64,000 nucleotides of DNA from Candidatus Krumholzibacteriia bacterium (GTDB lineage: Bacteria; Krumholzibacteriota; Krumholzibacteriia; LZORAL124-64-63): assembly GCA_024763215.1 (NCBI GenBank), contig JANTFX010000003.1, positions 3,519-67,518 on the forward strand, in the 5' to 3' direction. Made by a program: the position numbers and the translations under genes. Below are positions 16,290 to 24,304 of the stretch, piece after piece. The notes under the pieces are model-generated. The model made no database searches. It was not told the origin of the DNA and saw only the letters and a list, made by a program, of their open reading frames with translations. Position 1 is the stretch's first letter, and each line of letters begins with the position of its first letter.

Positions 16290-17660
16290 ATGAATACGAA
16301 TCGACTGCACAACGAAGGTGACCGGCGGACCGCAGGCAGCGACCGGAGCCATGTGCCGGCCGTGGTGCTCGTCCTGCTGGCGGTGTCCCTGCTCATGGCC
16401 GGCGCGGCCCAGGCCGTGCCCCAGATCAACTCGCCCTACGGCGACCAGATGGGCTGGTTCAGCGCCGAGGTCAACGCCATGGGCGGCACCGGCGCGGCCC
16501 TGTACCGCGGCGGTTACAGCACGGTGTTCAATCCGGCCCTGCTGAGCCGGGCCGAGGGTTACCGCCTGGATGCGGGCATGGTGCTGGATCAGGAGCACGA
16601 GGACCGCTTCCAGCCCCTTTTCGACTCCTTCGACAGCTACGTGACCGACGCGGCCATAGCCAGCAACCGCCACCATAATTTCGCGACGGGCTTCGCGGTG
16701 GCCGGCCGCCCCGGCGGGCCCGAGTCCCCTTTCGGTGCCGGCCTGTCCCTGACCGATCGCTACCCCTTCGACTACACCTTCGAGGAGGAGCTGCGCAACC
16801 CCAGCCCCTTCCCCCCCGGCACCGGCGAACCGGCCCGGGACATGATCATCGAGGAGCGCGCGCGCGAGGTCAGCGGCACCCTGCGGGATCTTTCGGTGGG
16901 GGTCGGCTACACCTTCGATGAGCACGTGTCCCTCGGCGCCGCGGCCCACTACGCCTTCGGGACCCGGACCGAGATCATGCGGGACCGGGATTTCGTAACC
17001 CCCGAGAACAGCTACAACCGCCGCAGCGATTTCGATATGGACGGGGTGAACTTCACCCTGGGCGCCCAGGGGGTCATCAGCGAGCGGATCCAGGTCGGGG
17101 TGGCGTGGGAGAGCAAGCTGTCCGCGTCGGGCGACTGGCAACAGACCGATTTCGACGCCGCGGTCGATTCAACCTCCGAGACCATGACCGACGCCTACTT
17201 CAAGTACCCCCAGTCCTTCCGCGCCGGTCTGACCTTCCTGCCGCGCAGCGATCCGCGCACGGTGTTCACCATGGAACTGGAGTACAAGACCTGGAGCGAT
17301 CTGGAGGACTGGCGCGTGCCCGGTGACGACAACCCCCAGCACCTCGAGGACACCACGGACGTCCGCATCGGCCTGCAGCACTCCTTCTACAACGGCATGG
17401 ACGCCCGTTTCGGCTTCCGGCACTACGAGAGCTACCTGGACAAGGAAGCCACCGCCAGCGTGTTCTCCGCGGGCGTGGGCGCGCCCTTCGGCGCGGGTAT
17501 GTTCTCGGCCTCGATGGAACTGGCCAAGGTCACCAGTGTTCAGGCTCACCAGTTCCCGTACCCGGCCAGTTACTTCGGGAACAGCTTCGTCGTCGATCCC
17601 ATGGCCCGGGTCGAAGACACCCGGTTCCGGATCGGCGCCGGTTACAAGGTGGAATTCTAG
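16290..17660 (+). CDS. Outer-membrane beta-barrel protein, FadL/PorV-like (456 aa)
   Basis: ORF track 16290..17660 (+). Signal peptide ...LLMAGAAQA. Motif AEVNAMGGTGAALYRGGYSTVFNPALLS. C-terminal ...RFRIGAGYKVEF. Confidence 0.8.
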   Translation: MNTNRLHNEGDRRTAGSDRSHVPAVVLVLLAVSLLMAGAAQAVPQINSPYGDQMGWFSAEVNAMGGTGAALYRGGYSTVFNPALLSRAEGYRLDAGMVLDQEHEDRFQPLFDSFDSYVTDAAIASNRHHNFATGFAVAGRPGGPESPFGAGLSLTDRYPFDYTFEEELRNPSPFPPGTGEPARDMIIEERAREVSGTLRDLSVGVGYTFDEHVSLGAAAHYAFGTRTEIMRDRDFVTPENSYNRRSDFDMDGVNFTLGAQGVISERIQVGVAWESKLSASGDWQQTDFDAAVDSTSETMTDAYFKYPQSFRAGLTFLPRSDPRTVFTMELEYKTWSDLEDWRVPGDDNPQHLEDTTDVRIGLQHSFYNGMDARFGFRHYESYLDKEATASVFSAGVGAPFGAGMFSASMELAKVTSVQAHQFPYPASYFGNSFVVDPMARVEDTRFRIGAGYKVEF

Positions 17661-17662
17661 TG

Positions 17663-19381
17663 ATGCGTAATAAACTTGCCCTGCTGACTCTGGGTTGCCT
17701 GCTGCTCCTGGTGACGATGACTCCGGCTCTGGCCGGCAAGCCCGGCCCCGACGACGGCGTCATGCGCCTGCATCTGATCTGGACCAACGACATCCACGGG
17801 CACATCGTGCCCGAACCCGCCCGGTTCATGAACCCCGCCTTCCCGCCGCCTCTGGGGGGGGGGTACGCGGCGGCCAGCTACGTCAAGGAGGTCCGCCGCG
17901 AGGCGGCCGAGAAGGGCGAACAGGTTCTGCTGATGGATGTGGGCGACACCTTCCAGGGCACGCCCATAGGCAACAAGACCAAGGGCGAGGCGGTGACCCG
18001 CTATTTCAACGAGCTGCAATACCAGCTTGTGGTGCCCGGCAACCATGATTTCGACAAGGGTCGCGACAACTGCGAGCACCTGGCCAGGATCACGGATTGC
18101 CCCTGGATAAGCGCGAACATCATCGAGAAGAGCACCGGCAAGATCCCCGACTGGCTCATCCCGACCATGATGCTGGATTACCAGGGGATCAAGATCGGCG
18201 TGGTGGGGATCACCACCCCCAGCACGGCGGTCATGTCGTTCCCCGAGAACATCAAGGGCCTGGAATTTCTGCCCATGCCGCCGGTGATCGAGAAATACCG
18301 CGACCAGCTAAAGGACCAGGGGGCGGACCTGATCCTGCTGGCGATCCATGAGGGGCTGCCCTACGACCCCAAGAAGGGGTGGGAGCGCATTGCCGGCCGC
18401 ACCGAGACCGAGACCGCCCAGGAACAGCAGGGCACCTACGGCAGCAACTACTCCCACGGCGGCATGAACCTCATGGAACTGGTCAACAAGGTGGCGGGCA
18501 TCGACATCGCCGTCGGCGGCCATACCCACCGGGGTTACTACCATCCGTGGATCGATCCGGTGCACCATACCATGTGCTTCGAGACCTTCGGCAACGGCTC
18601 GAGCATCGGGCACGTGATCCTGAAGATCGACCGCAAGACCAAGTCCCTGATCGGCTACGAAACGGCCGACAGCAGGGGGACCCTGATCACCCTCTTCGAG
18701 GATGAGATCTGGCCTGACGAGGACATGGAAAAGGTGCTCAAACCCTACCGGGACGAGGCCGAGGCCCAGATGGGTCGGGTCGTGGGCACCACCGCCGTCG
18801 CCCTGGGCCGGGGGGGGCCGGGGGCCAACCTGGTGGGCAACCTCGTGACCGACGCCATGCGGGAGTACTTCAACGCCGACTTCAGCTTCCAGAACATGGG
18901 CGGTTTGCGGGCGGACCTGCCGGCCGGAGACCTGACCTCCCGGGATATCTTCAGCGTGCTGCCGTTCGGCAACGAGCTGGTCACGGTGCAGATGGACGGC
19001 CGCATGCTGCGCCGCATCCTCGAACGCAAGGTGGCCGGGCGCAGCGGGGGCATCTGCATCTCGGGAGCCCAGTGGACTTTTGATACCACGAGGCCGGATT
19101 ACGACCGTGGCGTGTCCCTGCTCATCGGCGGCCAGCCCTGGGACCCGGATCGGATGTACAAGGCCGTGTGCACCAACTTCCTCATGGAAGGCAACAGCGG
19201 GCTGGATTTCCTGACCAGCGTACCGCCCGAGCGCGTCACCCCGACCCAGATCACGACCCAGGAGGCGGTCGAGCACTACCTCCAGCTCCACTCGCCGGTC
19301 CGGCCCCGGGTGGACGACCGCTGGGTGGAGAAGCAGGGAGCGCCCCAGGCTCCGTACCTGGCCAGGCCATACATGCCCTGA
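17663..19381 (+). CDS. Bifunctional metallophosphatase/5'-nucleotidase (UshA-like), secreted
   Basis: ORF track 17660..19381. ATG at 17663 directly follows the previous stop (TAGTGATG). Signal peptide MRNKLALLTLGCLLLLVTMTPALA. Metallophosphatase motifs TNDIHGH, GDTFQGT, VPGNHDFD, GGHTH. Confidence 0.9.
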   Translation: MRNKLALLTLGCLLLLVTMTPALAGKPGPDDGVMRLHLIWTNDIHGHIVPEPARFMNPAFPPPLGGGYAAASYVKEVRREAAEKGEQVLLMDVGDTFQGTPIGNKTKGEAVTRYFNELQYQLVVPGNHDFDKGRDNCEHLARITDCPWISANIIEKSTGKIPDWLIPTMMLDYQGIKIGVVGITTPSTAVMSFPENIKGLEFLPMPPVIEKYRDQLKDQGADLILLAIHEGLPYDPKKGWERIAGRTETETAQEQQGTYGSNYSHGGMNLMELVNKVAGIDIAVGGHTHRGYYHPWIDPVHHTMCFETFGNGSSIGHVILKIDRKTKSLIGYETADSRGTLITLFEDEIWPDEDMEKVLKPYRDEAEAQMGRVVGTTAVALGRGGPGANLVGNLVTDAMREYFNADFSFQNMGGLRADLPAGDLTSRDIFSVLPFGNELVTVQMDGRMLRRILERKVAGRSGGICISGAQWTFDTTRPDYDRGVSLLIGGQPWDPDRMYKAVCTNFLMEGNSGLDFLTSVPPERVTPTQITTQEAVEHYLQLHSPVRPRVDDRWVEKQGAPQAPYLARPYMP

Positions 19382-19435
19382 TGGTGAGGTTGTTTGCAAT
19401 ATGATGAAATAGGCCCAGTTACAGGGTTTTTGCTC

Positions 19436-19478
19436 AAGCCCGCCCCGCGCTGACCGATCATGGGTCAGGGGCGGGCTT
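19436..19478 (+). terminator. Long GC hairpin (AAGCCCGCCCC..CTGACC-gatcat-GGTCAG-GGGGCGGGCTT), no U-tract
   Basis: Read directly: 11-bp outer plus 6-bp inner stem with a 3-nt bulge, 55 nt after the 5'-nucleotidase stop. Confidence 0.6.
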
Positions 19479-19552
19479 CAGCATTGCCGCCCCGGGACAA
19501 GGAAGTCCTGGCACCGCGTCGCAGAGGCGCTAACGACAAGGCGGTCGATCAC

Positions 19553-20797
19553 GTGAAGACTCTGCGTAAAGAAATCCGCAATGAACAGCTCGTACGTTTC
19601 GCCACCCACATGAACAAGACGGTCATCGGCCAACCCCAGGCCATCGACAGGCTCAGCGACAGCTTCAGCCGCCTGATCGCGGGGGTCCACGACCCGGAAC
19701 GGCCCCTGTTGACCATGATGTTCATGGGCCCGACCGGTGTCGGCAAGACCGAGACCGTCCGCGCCCTGGCCGAGACCATCTTCGGCAACAAGCGGGCCTT
19801 CACGCGGGTCAACTGCCAGGAATATTCCGCGCACTACAACATCTCCAAGTTGCTGGGCTCGCCCCCGGGCTACGTGGGGGGCGAGATCCGTCCCCTGCTG
19901 GCCCAGGAAAACCTGGACCGCCACCACAAGAAGGCCCTGGAGAAGCAGTCGGGGCTGGTCAGCGAAAGCGGCAGCAAGCTGAACCGCCTGTTCCCTCCCG
20001 ATTCCGAGCGCTACCTGAACATCGTGCTGTTCGACGAGATCGAAAAGGCGCACCCCAAGCTGTGGAACCTGCTGCTGGGGATCCTGGAGGACGGCACCGT
20101 GGTGCTGGGCAACAACGAGGAAGTCGATTTCCGCCAGTCCATCATCATCCTGACCACCAACGTGGGCAGCGAGGCCATGGGCGCCCACCTGGGCCAGACC
20201 AACATCGGTTTTTCATCCGGCATGGACAACGAACGCATGGACCGGGATGTCGAGGAGGCCGCCCTGCGCGCGGCGAAGAAGGTGTTCCCCTTCGAGTTCC
20301 TCAACCGCTTCGACGACATCATCACCTACCACACGCTGAAGGAGGAGCACCTCTACAGCATCCTCGACATCCTCATCGGGCAGATCCACCAGCGTTCGCT
20401 GATGTGCTCGGAGCCGTTCCTGCTGGAGATCACCGACGAGGCCAAGGCCCACCTCGTGGCCGCGGGCAAGGATATCCAGTACGGGGCCCGGCCGCTGAAG
20501 CGCGTGGTGGAGAAGGAGATCGTCACGCCCATTTCCCACTACATCTGCTCGGACCAGATCCGCAAGGGGGATCTGATCACCGTGGACTACAGCGAGCAGG
20601 ATGGGGAGCTGGTCTTCCGGAAGGAGACCGGGGTGACCAGCTGGGAAGAGCTGGAGAGTCTGGGACCCTTCCCCGCCGACCAGTGGTCCAAGGACGATCT
20701 GGGCGTCAAGGACGACGGGGGCGAGAAGAAGGAACTCGTCGAGGAGATCACCCAGGTCGTCGCCACGGCCGGTTGCATGACCGGGGCCGACGATTAG
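19553..20797 (+). CDS. Stand-alone AAA+ ATPase of the ClpA/ClpB second-nucleotide-binding-domain (D2) type with D2-small domain
   Basis: Within ORF 19460..20797. The listed ATG 19460 lies inside the hairpin loop/stem, so I prefer GTG 19553 (VKTLRKEIRNEQL...). Start uncertain. Walker A FMGPTGVGKTETVRALAE, Walker B IVLFDEIEKAHP, sensor-2 GARPLKRVVEKEI. Confidence 0.8.
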   Translation: MKTLRKEIRNEQLVRFATHMNKTVIGQPQAIDRLSDSFSRLIAGVHDPERPLLTMMFMGPTGVGKTETVRALAETIFGNKRAFTRVNCQEYSAHYNISKLLGSPPGYVGGEIRPLLAQENLDRHHKKALEKQSGLVSESGSKLNRLFPPDSERYLNIVLFDEIEKAHPKLWNLLLGILEDGTVVLGNNEEVDFRQSIIILTTNVGSEAMGAHLGQTNIGFSSGMDNERMDRDVEEAALRAAKKVFPFEFLNRFDDIITYHTLKEEHLYSILDILIGQIHQRSLMCSEPFLLEITDEAKAHLVAAGKDIQYGARPLKRVVEKEIVTPISHYICSDQIRKGDLITVDYSEQDGELVFRKETGVTSWEELESLGPFPADQWSKDDLGVKDDGGEKKELVEEITQVVATAGCMTGADD

Positions 20798-20798
20798 C

Positions 20799-20822
20799 GG
20801 TCCCGCAGCGGGATCAGGGACC
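20799..20822. terminator. Hairpin GGTCCC-(12 nt)-GGGACC between convergent genes
   Basis: Read directly in the 33-nt convergent spacer. Short stem, no U-tract. Confidence 0.35.
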
Positions 20823-20830
20823 TTCGCGGC

Positions 20831-21169
20831 CTACGGCCAGTAGAGGATCCGCCCGCAGCTCTCGCAACGTTGCAGCTTGCCGGCGTTGGTCTTGCTCACG
20901 AAAGACGAGGGGATCTGGGCGAAGCAACCGGTGCAGTGGTTGCCGACCACCGGCACCACGGCGCGGCCGAACTTCGCGGTCAGACGCTGGAAGGCCCCCA
21001 TCAGCTGGGGTTCGATCTGCCCTTCCAGTTCCTCCCTGGCGCGCTTCAGATCATCCAGCCCCGCGGTCTTGAAGCCCATGCCCTCCAGCTCGGAACCCTT
21101 TTCCTCGACTTCCTTGATCATGCCCGTCATGTCCTGCAGGGCCACCAGCAGTTGCAATTGCGGATGCAT
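20831..21169 (-). CDS. Coiled-coil / C4 zinc-ribbon protein (112 aa)
   Basis: ORF track 20831..21169 (-). C-terminal CTGCFAQIP...(16)...RCESCGRILYWP zinc ribbon. The start lies 2 nt after the stop of the upstream EIIA gene. Confidence 0.7.
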   Translation of the reverse strand: MHPQLQLLVALQDMTGMIKEVEEKGSELEGMGFKTAGLDDLKRAREELEGQIEPQLMGAFQRLTAKFGRAVVPVVGNHCTGCFAQIPSSFVSKTNAGKLQRCESCGRILYWP

Positions 21170-21171
21170 GC

Positions 21172-21633
21172 TTATTCCCCCCTCAAGGCTGCGCAGAAGG
21201 CCTCGTAATCATCGGCCGCCATGAGCTTTTCGCGCAGACTTGCCTCCTGAACGGTGTCGATGAGCGTGGCCAGGGATTTGATGTACTGGTGTCCCAGGTC
21301 CTGGGGCGGAGCGATGAGCACGAAGAACAGATGGGTGGGTTCGCCGTCCTCGGAATCGAAATCCACCCCGGCGGTCGAGCGGGCCATGAGGATGGTCAGG
21401 CGCTGAACGGCAAGGGTCCGCCCGTGGGGGAAAGCGATGCCCGGTCCCACCGCGGTGCTGCCCAGGGATTCCCTGCTCTGCAGCATCTGCAGGATGGTGT
21501 CGGGATTCTTGATGTCCATGCCGGCGGTCAGGCCCGCGACGAGTTCGGAGAGGGCGGATTCTTTGTCGGTCGCTTTGAGGTCGGGGAGGAAAAGCTCGGG
21601 TGAGGTATTTTTGAGAACCTCGGCAATGTCCAT
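21172..21633 (-). CDS. PTS EIIA type-2 domain protein (PtsN/EIIA-Ntr-like), copy 2
   Basis: Within ORF 21172..21903 (-). Start ATG 21633 (MDIAEVLKNTSPELFLPDLKA...). Active-site context GSTAVGPGIAFPHGRT. Confidence 0.85.
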   Translation of the reverse strand: MDIAEVLKNTSPELFLPDLKATDKESALSELVAGLTAGMDIKNPDTILQMLQSRESLGSTAVGPGIAFPHGRTLAVQRLTILMARSTAGVDFDSEDGEPTHLFFVLIAPPQDLGHQYIKSLATLIDTVQEASLREKLMAADDYEAFCAALRGE

Positions 21634-21754
21634 GAGAACTGCACCGCCTTGAGATAACGAGGAAATTGTGCTAGGACTACCTGCAAAGCTAATCCAATAT
21701 CTGGCTTGAGACAAGCCGCAATGACCTGTTTGTGCACCGGAAGGGCCGCGCGCG

Positions 21755-22756
21755 ATGAGCGAAGGGAAGGCACCGAGCGGGGACTCGGAAAACAAGGCGA
21801 CGGCGCCCCGTCTGGAAGGTGTGGTGGTCAGGACCAGCGGAGGGCGCTGCTTCGTGGCCGTAGATGGCCGCCAATGGAATTGCCAGCTCAGGGGCAAGCT
21901 CAAGCAGGGCGAGCGTAGAACCCAGAGCGTGGCCGTGGCCGGGGATCACGTCGTGATCAGGGCCCTGCACCCGGAACTGGATCCTCCCGAGGGGATCGTC
22001 GAGGAGGTCCTGCCCCGCCGCAACCGCATCTCACGCGTGGCCGCCCGGCGCAGCGGTGGCCGGCGGGAGCAGGTCCTGGTGGCCAACCTGGACCAGGTCG
22101 TGGTGGTGCAGTCGGTGACGTCGCCGGTTCCCCAGAAGGGGTTCGTGGACCGGCTGCTGGTAGCGGCCGAAAGGTTCGGGGTGGCCGGCATCCTGGTCCT
22201 CAACAAGGTCGATCTGGCCCCCGCCGCGGCCGGTGAAGATCCCTGGCCCTATTACCGGACCCTGGGCTACCGTGTCCTGCATACTTCGGCGACCACCGGC
22301 GAGGGGATCGGGGACCTGGTCCAGGTCCTGACCGGGCGCACTTCCATCCTGATGGGCGCATCGGGGGTGGGCAAGACGAGCCTGTTGAACACCATCGATC
22401 CCGACCTGGCGCTGCAGGTCACCGCGGTCGGGGGCAAGACCGGGCTGGGCCGGCACACCACAACTTCCACGGAGCTCTTCCCGCTCCCGCAGGGGGGGTT
22501 CATCGCCGATTCGCCGGGCCTACGGGGGTTCGATCCCTGGGATGTTGATCCCCGCCAGGTGCGGGACTACTTTCCTGAATTCGCCCAGGGCGCGGACGAG
22601 TGCCGCTTCCGGACCTGCATGCATATCCATGAACCCGAATGCGGGGTCAAGAAGCTGGTGGCCTGCGGGGTCATCCCCGGTTGGCGCTATGAAGCCTACC
22701 AGGCCCTGGTGCGGGACCTGGAAGCGCGGAGGCGGGAGAATAGGCCGAGGCCCTGA
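21755..22756 (+). CDS. rsgA: Ribosome small-subunit-dependent GTPase A
   Basis: ORF track 21755..22756 (+). LNKVDL, GASGVGKTSLLNTI, GRHTTTSTELF, zinc-finger CRFRTCMHIHEPECGV. Confidence 0.9.
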   Translation: MSEGKAPSGDSENKATAPRLEGVVVRTSGGRCFVAVDGRQWNCQLRGKLKQGERRTQSVAVAGDHVVIRALHPELDPPEGIVEEVLPRRNRISRVAARRSGGRREQVLVANLDQVVVVQSVTSPVPQKGFVDRLLVAAERFGVAGILVLNKVDLAPAAAGEDPWPYYRTLGYRVLHTSATTGEGIGDLVQVLTGRTSILMGASGVGKTSLLNTIDPDLALQVTAVGGKTGLGRHTTTSTELFPLPQGGFIADSPGLRGFDPWDVDPRQVRDYFPEFAQGADECRFRTCMHIHEPECGVKKLVACGVIPGWRYEAYQALVRDLEARRRENRPRP

Positions 22757-23045
22757 GGGGCCCGATACCCTTCCCGGGTCGGGGCGGCCGGAACGGGTTG
22801 ACGATCCCGGCCATCATCCCGTAGTACAGGGATGCTTCCTTCCCTTCGTGCAGAACCTTGTCCAGGGGGTAGATCCTGGTCGGCCGGCGCCAGGGCACCA
22901 TGTGTTCCACCCGCACGGTCCGGTACCACCCCGGCAAGGGTTGCCCCAGCAGGCGGGGAGATTTTGCCGTCAACTCGTAACCGCTCATGGCGACGGTTCC
23001 CAGCACGGCGAGGATGAAGGCGGATTCCAGCAGGATTCGGCGCAT
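22671..23045 (-). CDS. Small hypothetical exported/membrane protein (124 aa)
   Basis: Within ORF 22671..23147 (-). ATG 23045 gives MRRILLESAFILAVLGTVAMSGYELTAK... (signal-peptide-like). GC3 is high over the first ~95 codons and then decays where it overlaps the rsgA 3' end. Confidence 0.4.
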   Translation of the reverse strand: MRRILLESAFILAVLGTVAMSGYELTAKSPRLLGQPLPGWYRTVRVEHMVPWRRPTRIYPLDKVLHEGKEASLYYGMMAGIVNPFRPPRPGKGIGPLRASAYSPASALPGPAPGPGRLHSANRG

Positions 23046-23128
23046 GGGCACTCCAGGGTCACGATACCGGTACGGGCTCCGTTCCCGTGAGGCAAGGCGC
23101 GTGCCATCCGCAGGCAAAGGAGGCGGCC

Positions 23129-24304
23129 ATGGCCGGGACGATGACAAGGCGTTTCAAGCAGCACCTGGTCGCCGCGGTCGCCCGCCTGTGGCGGCGGCCC
23201 CGATTGACGGCCGGGCAGCTGCGGGCGCTCGCGCCCCGGGGCGTGCTCATCGTCAAACAGCACAATCAGATGGGCGACATGGTGTGCGCCATCCCCGCCC
23301 TGCGCGCCCTGCGCGGGGCCTACCCTGAGGGGCGCATGGTGCTGGTCACTTCGCCGGTCAACGGGGCGGTGGTCAGCCATGACCCGAACCTCGACGCGGT
23401 CATGACCTTTTCCCAGCGGATGTGGCGCCGGCCCTGGGCCCTGCTGCGGTTCGTGCGGGAGCTGCGCGCCCATGACTGCGAGCTGGCCTTCATCCTGGGC
23501 AGCGTGTCGTTCTCGGTGACCAGCGCGGTGATCGCCCTGGCCAGCGGGGCGCGCTGGATCGTCGGACCCGACAGCCGGCCCTACGGCTGGGACATCAGCG
23601 GCCACCTGTTCGCCGTGGAGTTGCCTGCGTCCCCTCATCTGGACCGTCATGCGGTGGCGCACAACCTGGCGCCCCTGCAGGCTGTGGGCATCGATACCGG
23701 GGACCGGTTGCCCCGCTTCGACCCCGACGCCGCCGAACGGGCCCGGGCGGCCTCGGTCATGGCCGAACTCGGCCTGCGGGACGGATTCTGGTCCCTGCAT
23801 CCGGGGGCTGGCAAGCGGCAGAACGTGTGGCGGGCGGACAGGTTCGCGGCCGTGGCGGCGAAGGCGGCGGCGGCAGGCAGGCAGGTCTTGATCCTGCACG
23901 GTCCGGCCGATGGGCCTTACCTGCAACGGCTGCTGGCGGCGCTGGCGCCTGCAGAGGATCCGAACATCAGGGTGGCGCCGGACCTGGAAGTCGGGGTGTG
24001 CGCCGCTTTGTTGCAGCGGTCCGACCGTTTCCTGTGTAATGATACGGGGATAATGCACGTGGCCGGAGCCGTGGGCACGCCCACCCTGGCCCTGTTCGGC
24101 CCCACCGACCCCCGGCTGTGGAAACCCCCGGCCCCACAGGTCGTGGCCCTGCGCAGCCCGCGGCGCAGTGCCGATGACCGGGGTGACGAATTCGGCTGGA
24201 TGCAGAACATCGCTGTCGAGGACGTGTGGCGGGCCTGGACATCCCTGCCCTCGGGGGACGATCGAGGCGGTTCCCTTGCCAATGAGCGGAGTCAGCGTGG
24301 ATGA
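23129..24304 (+). CDS. Glycosyltransferase family 9 (LPS heptosyltransferase-like)
   Basis: Within ORF 23087..24304. ATG 23129 lies 5 nt after AAAGGAGG. KQHNQMGDMVCAIPALRAL, NDTGIMHVAGAVGTPTLALFGPT. Confidence 0.9.
   Translation: MAGTMTRRFKQHLVAAVARLWRRPRLTAGQLRALAPRGVLIVKQHNQMGDMVCAIPALRALRGAYPEGRMVLVTSPVNGAVVSHDPNLDAVMTFSQRMWRRPWALLRFVRELRAHDCELAFILGSVSFSVTSAVIALASGARWIVGPDSRPYGWDISGHLFAVELPASPHLDRHAVAHNLAPLQAVGIDTGDRLPRFDPDAAERARAASVMAELGLRDGFWSLHPGAGKRQNVWRADRFAAVAAKAAAAGRQVLILHGPADGPYLQRLLAALAPAEDPNIRVAPDLEVGVCAALLQRSDRFLCNDTGIMHVAGAVGTPTLALFGPTDPRLWKPPAPQVVALRSPRRSADDRGDEFGWMQNIAVEDVWRAWTSLPSGDDRGGSLANERSQRG

Noticed and set aside
14112-17141. 1009-aa ORF on the minus strand, antisense to the HhH-barrel and FadL-like genes
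   Set aside because: A typical high-GC antisense artefact. The composition is dominated by G/A/V/H/R/P runs, with no recognisable motif. The opposite strand encodes proteins with signal peptides, OMP termini and clear domain signatures.
22515-22531. GGGGTTCGATCCCTGGG, a tRNA T-arm-like string
   Set aside because: It lies inside the rsgA coding frame (..GLRGFDPWDV..). No acceptor or anticodon arms can be built around it.
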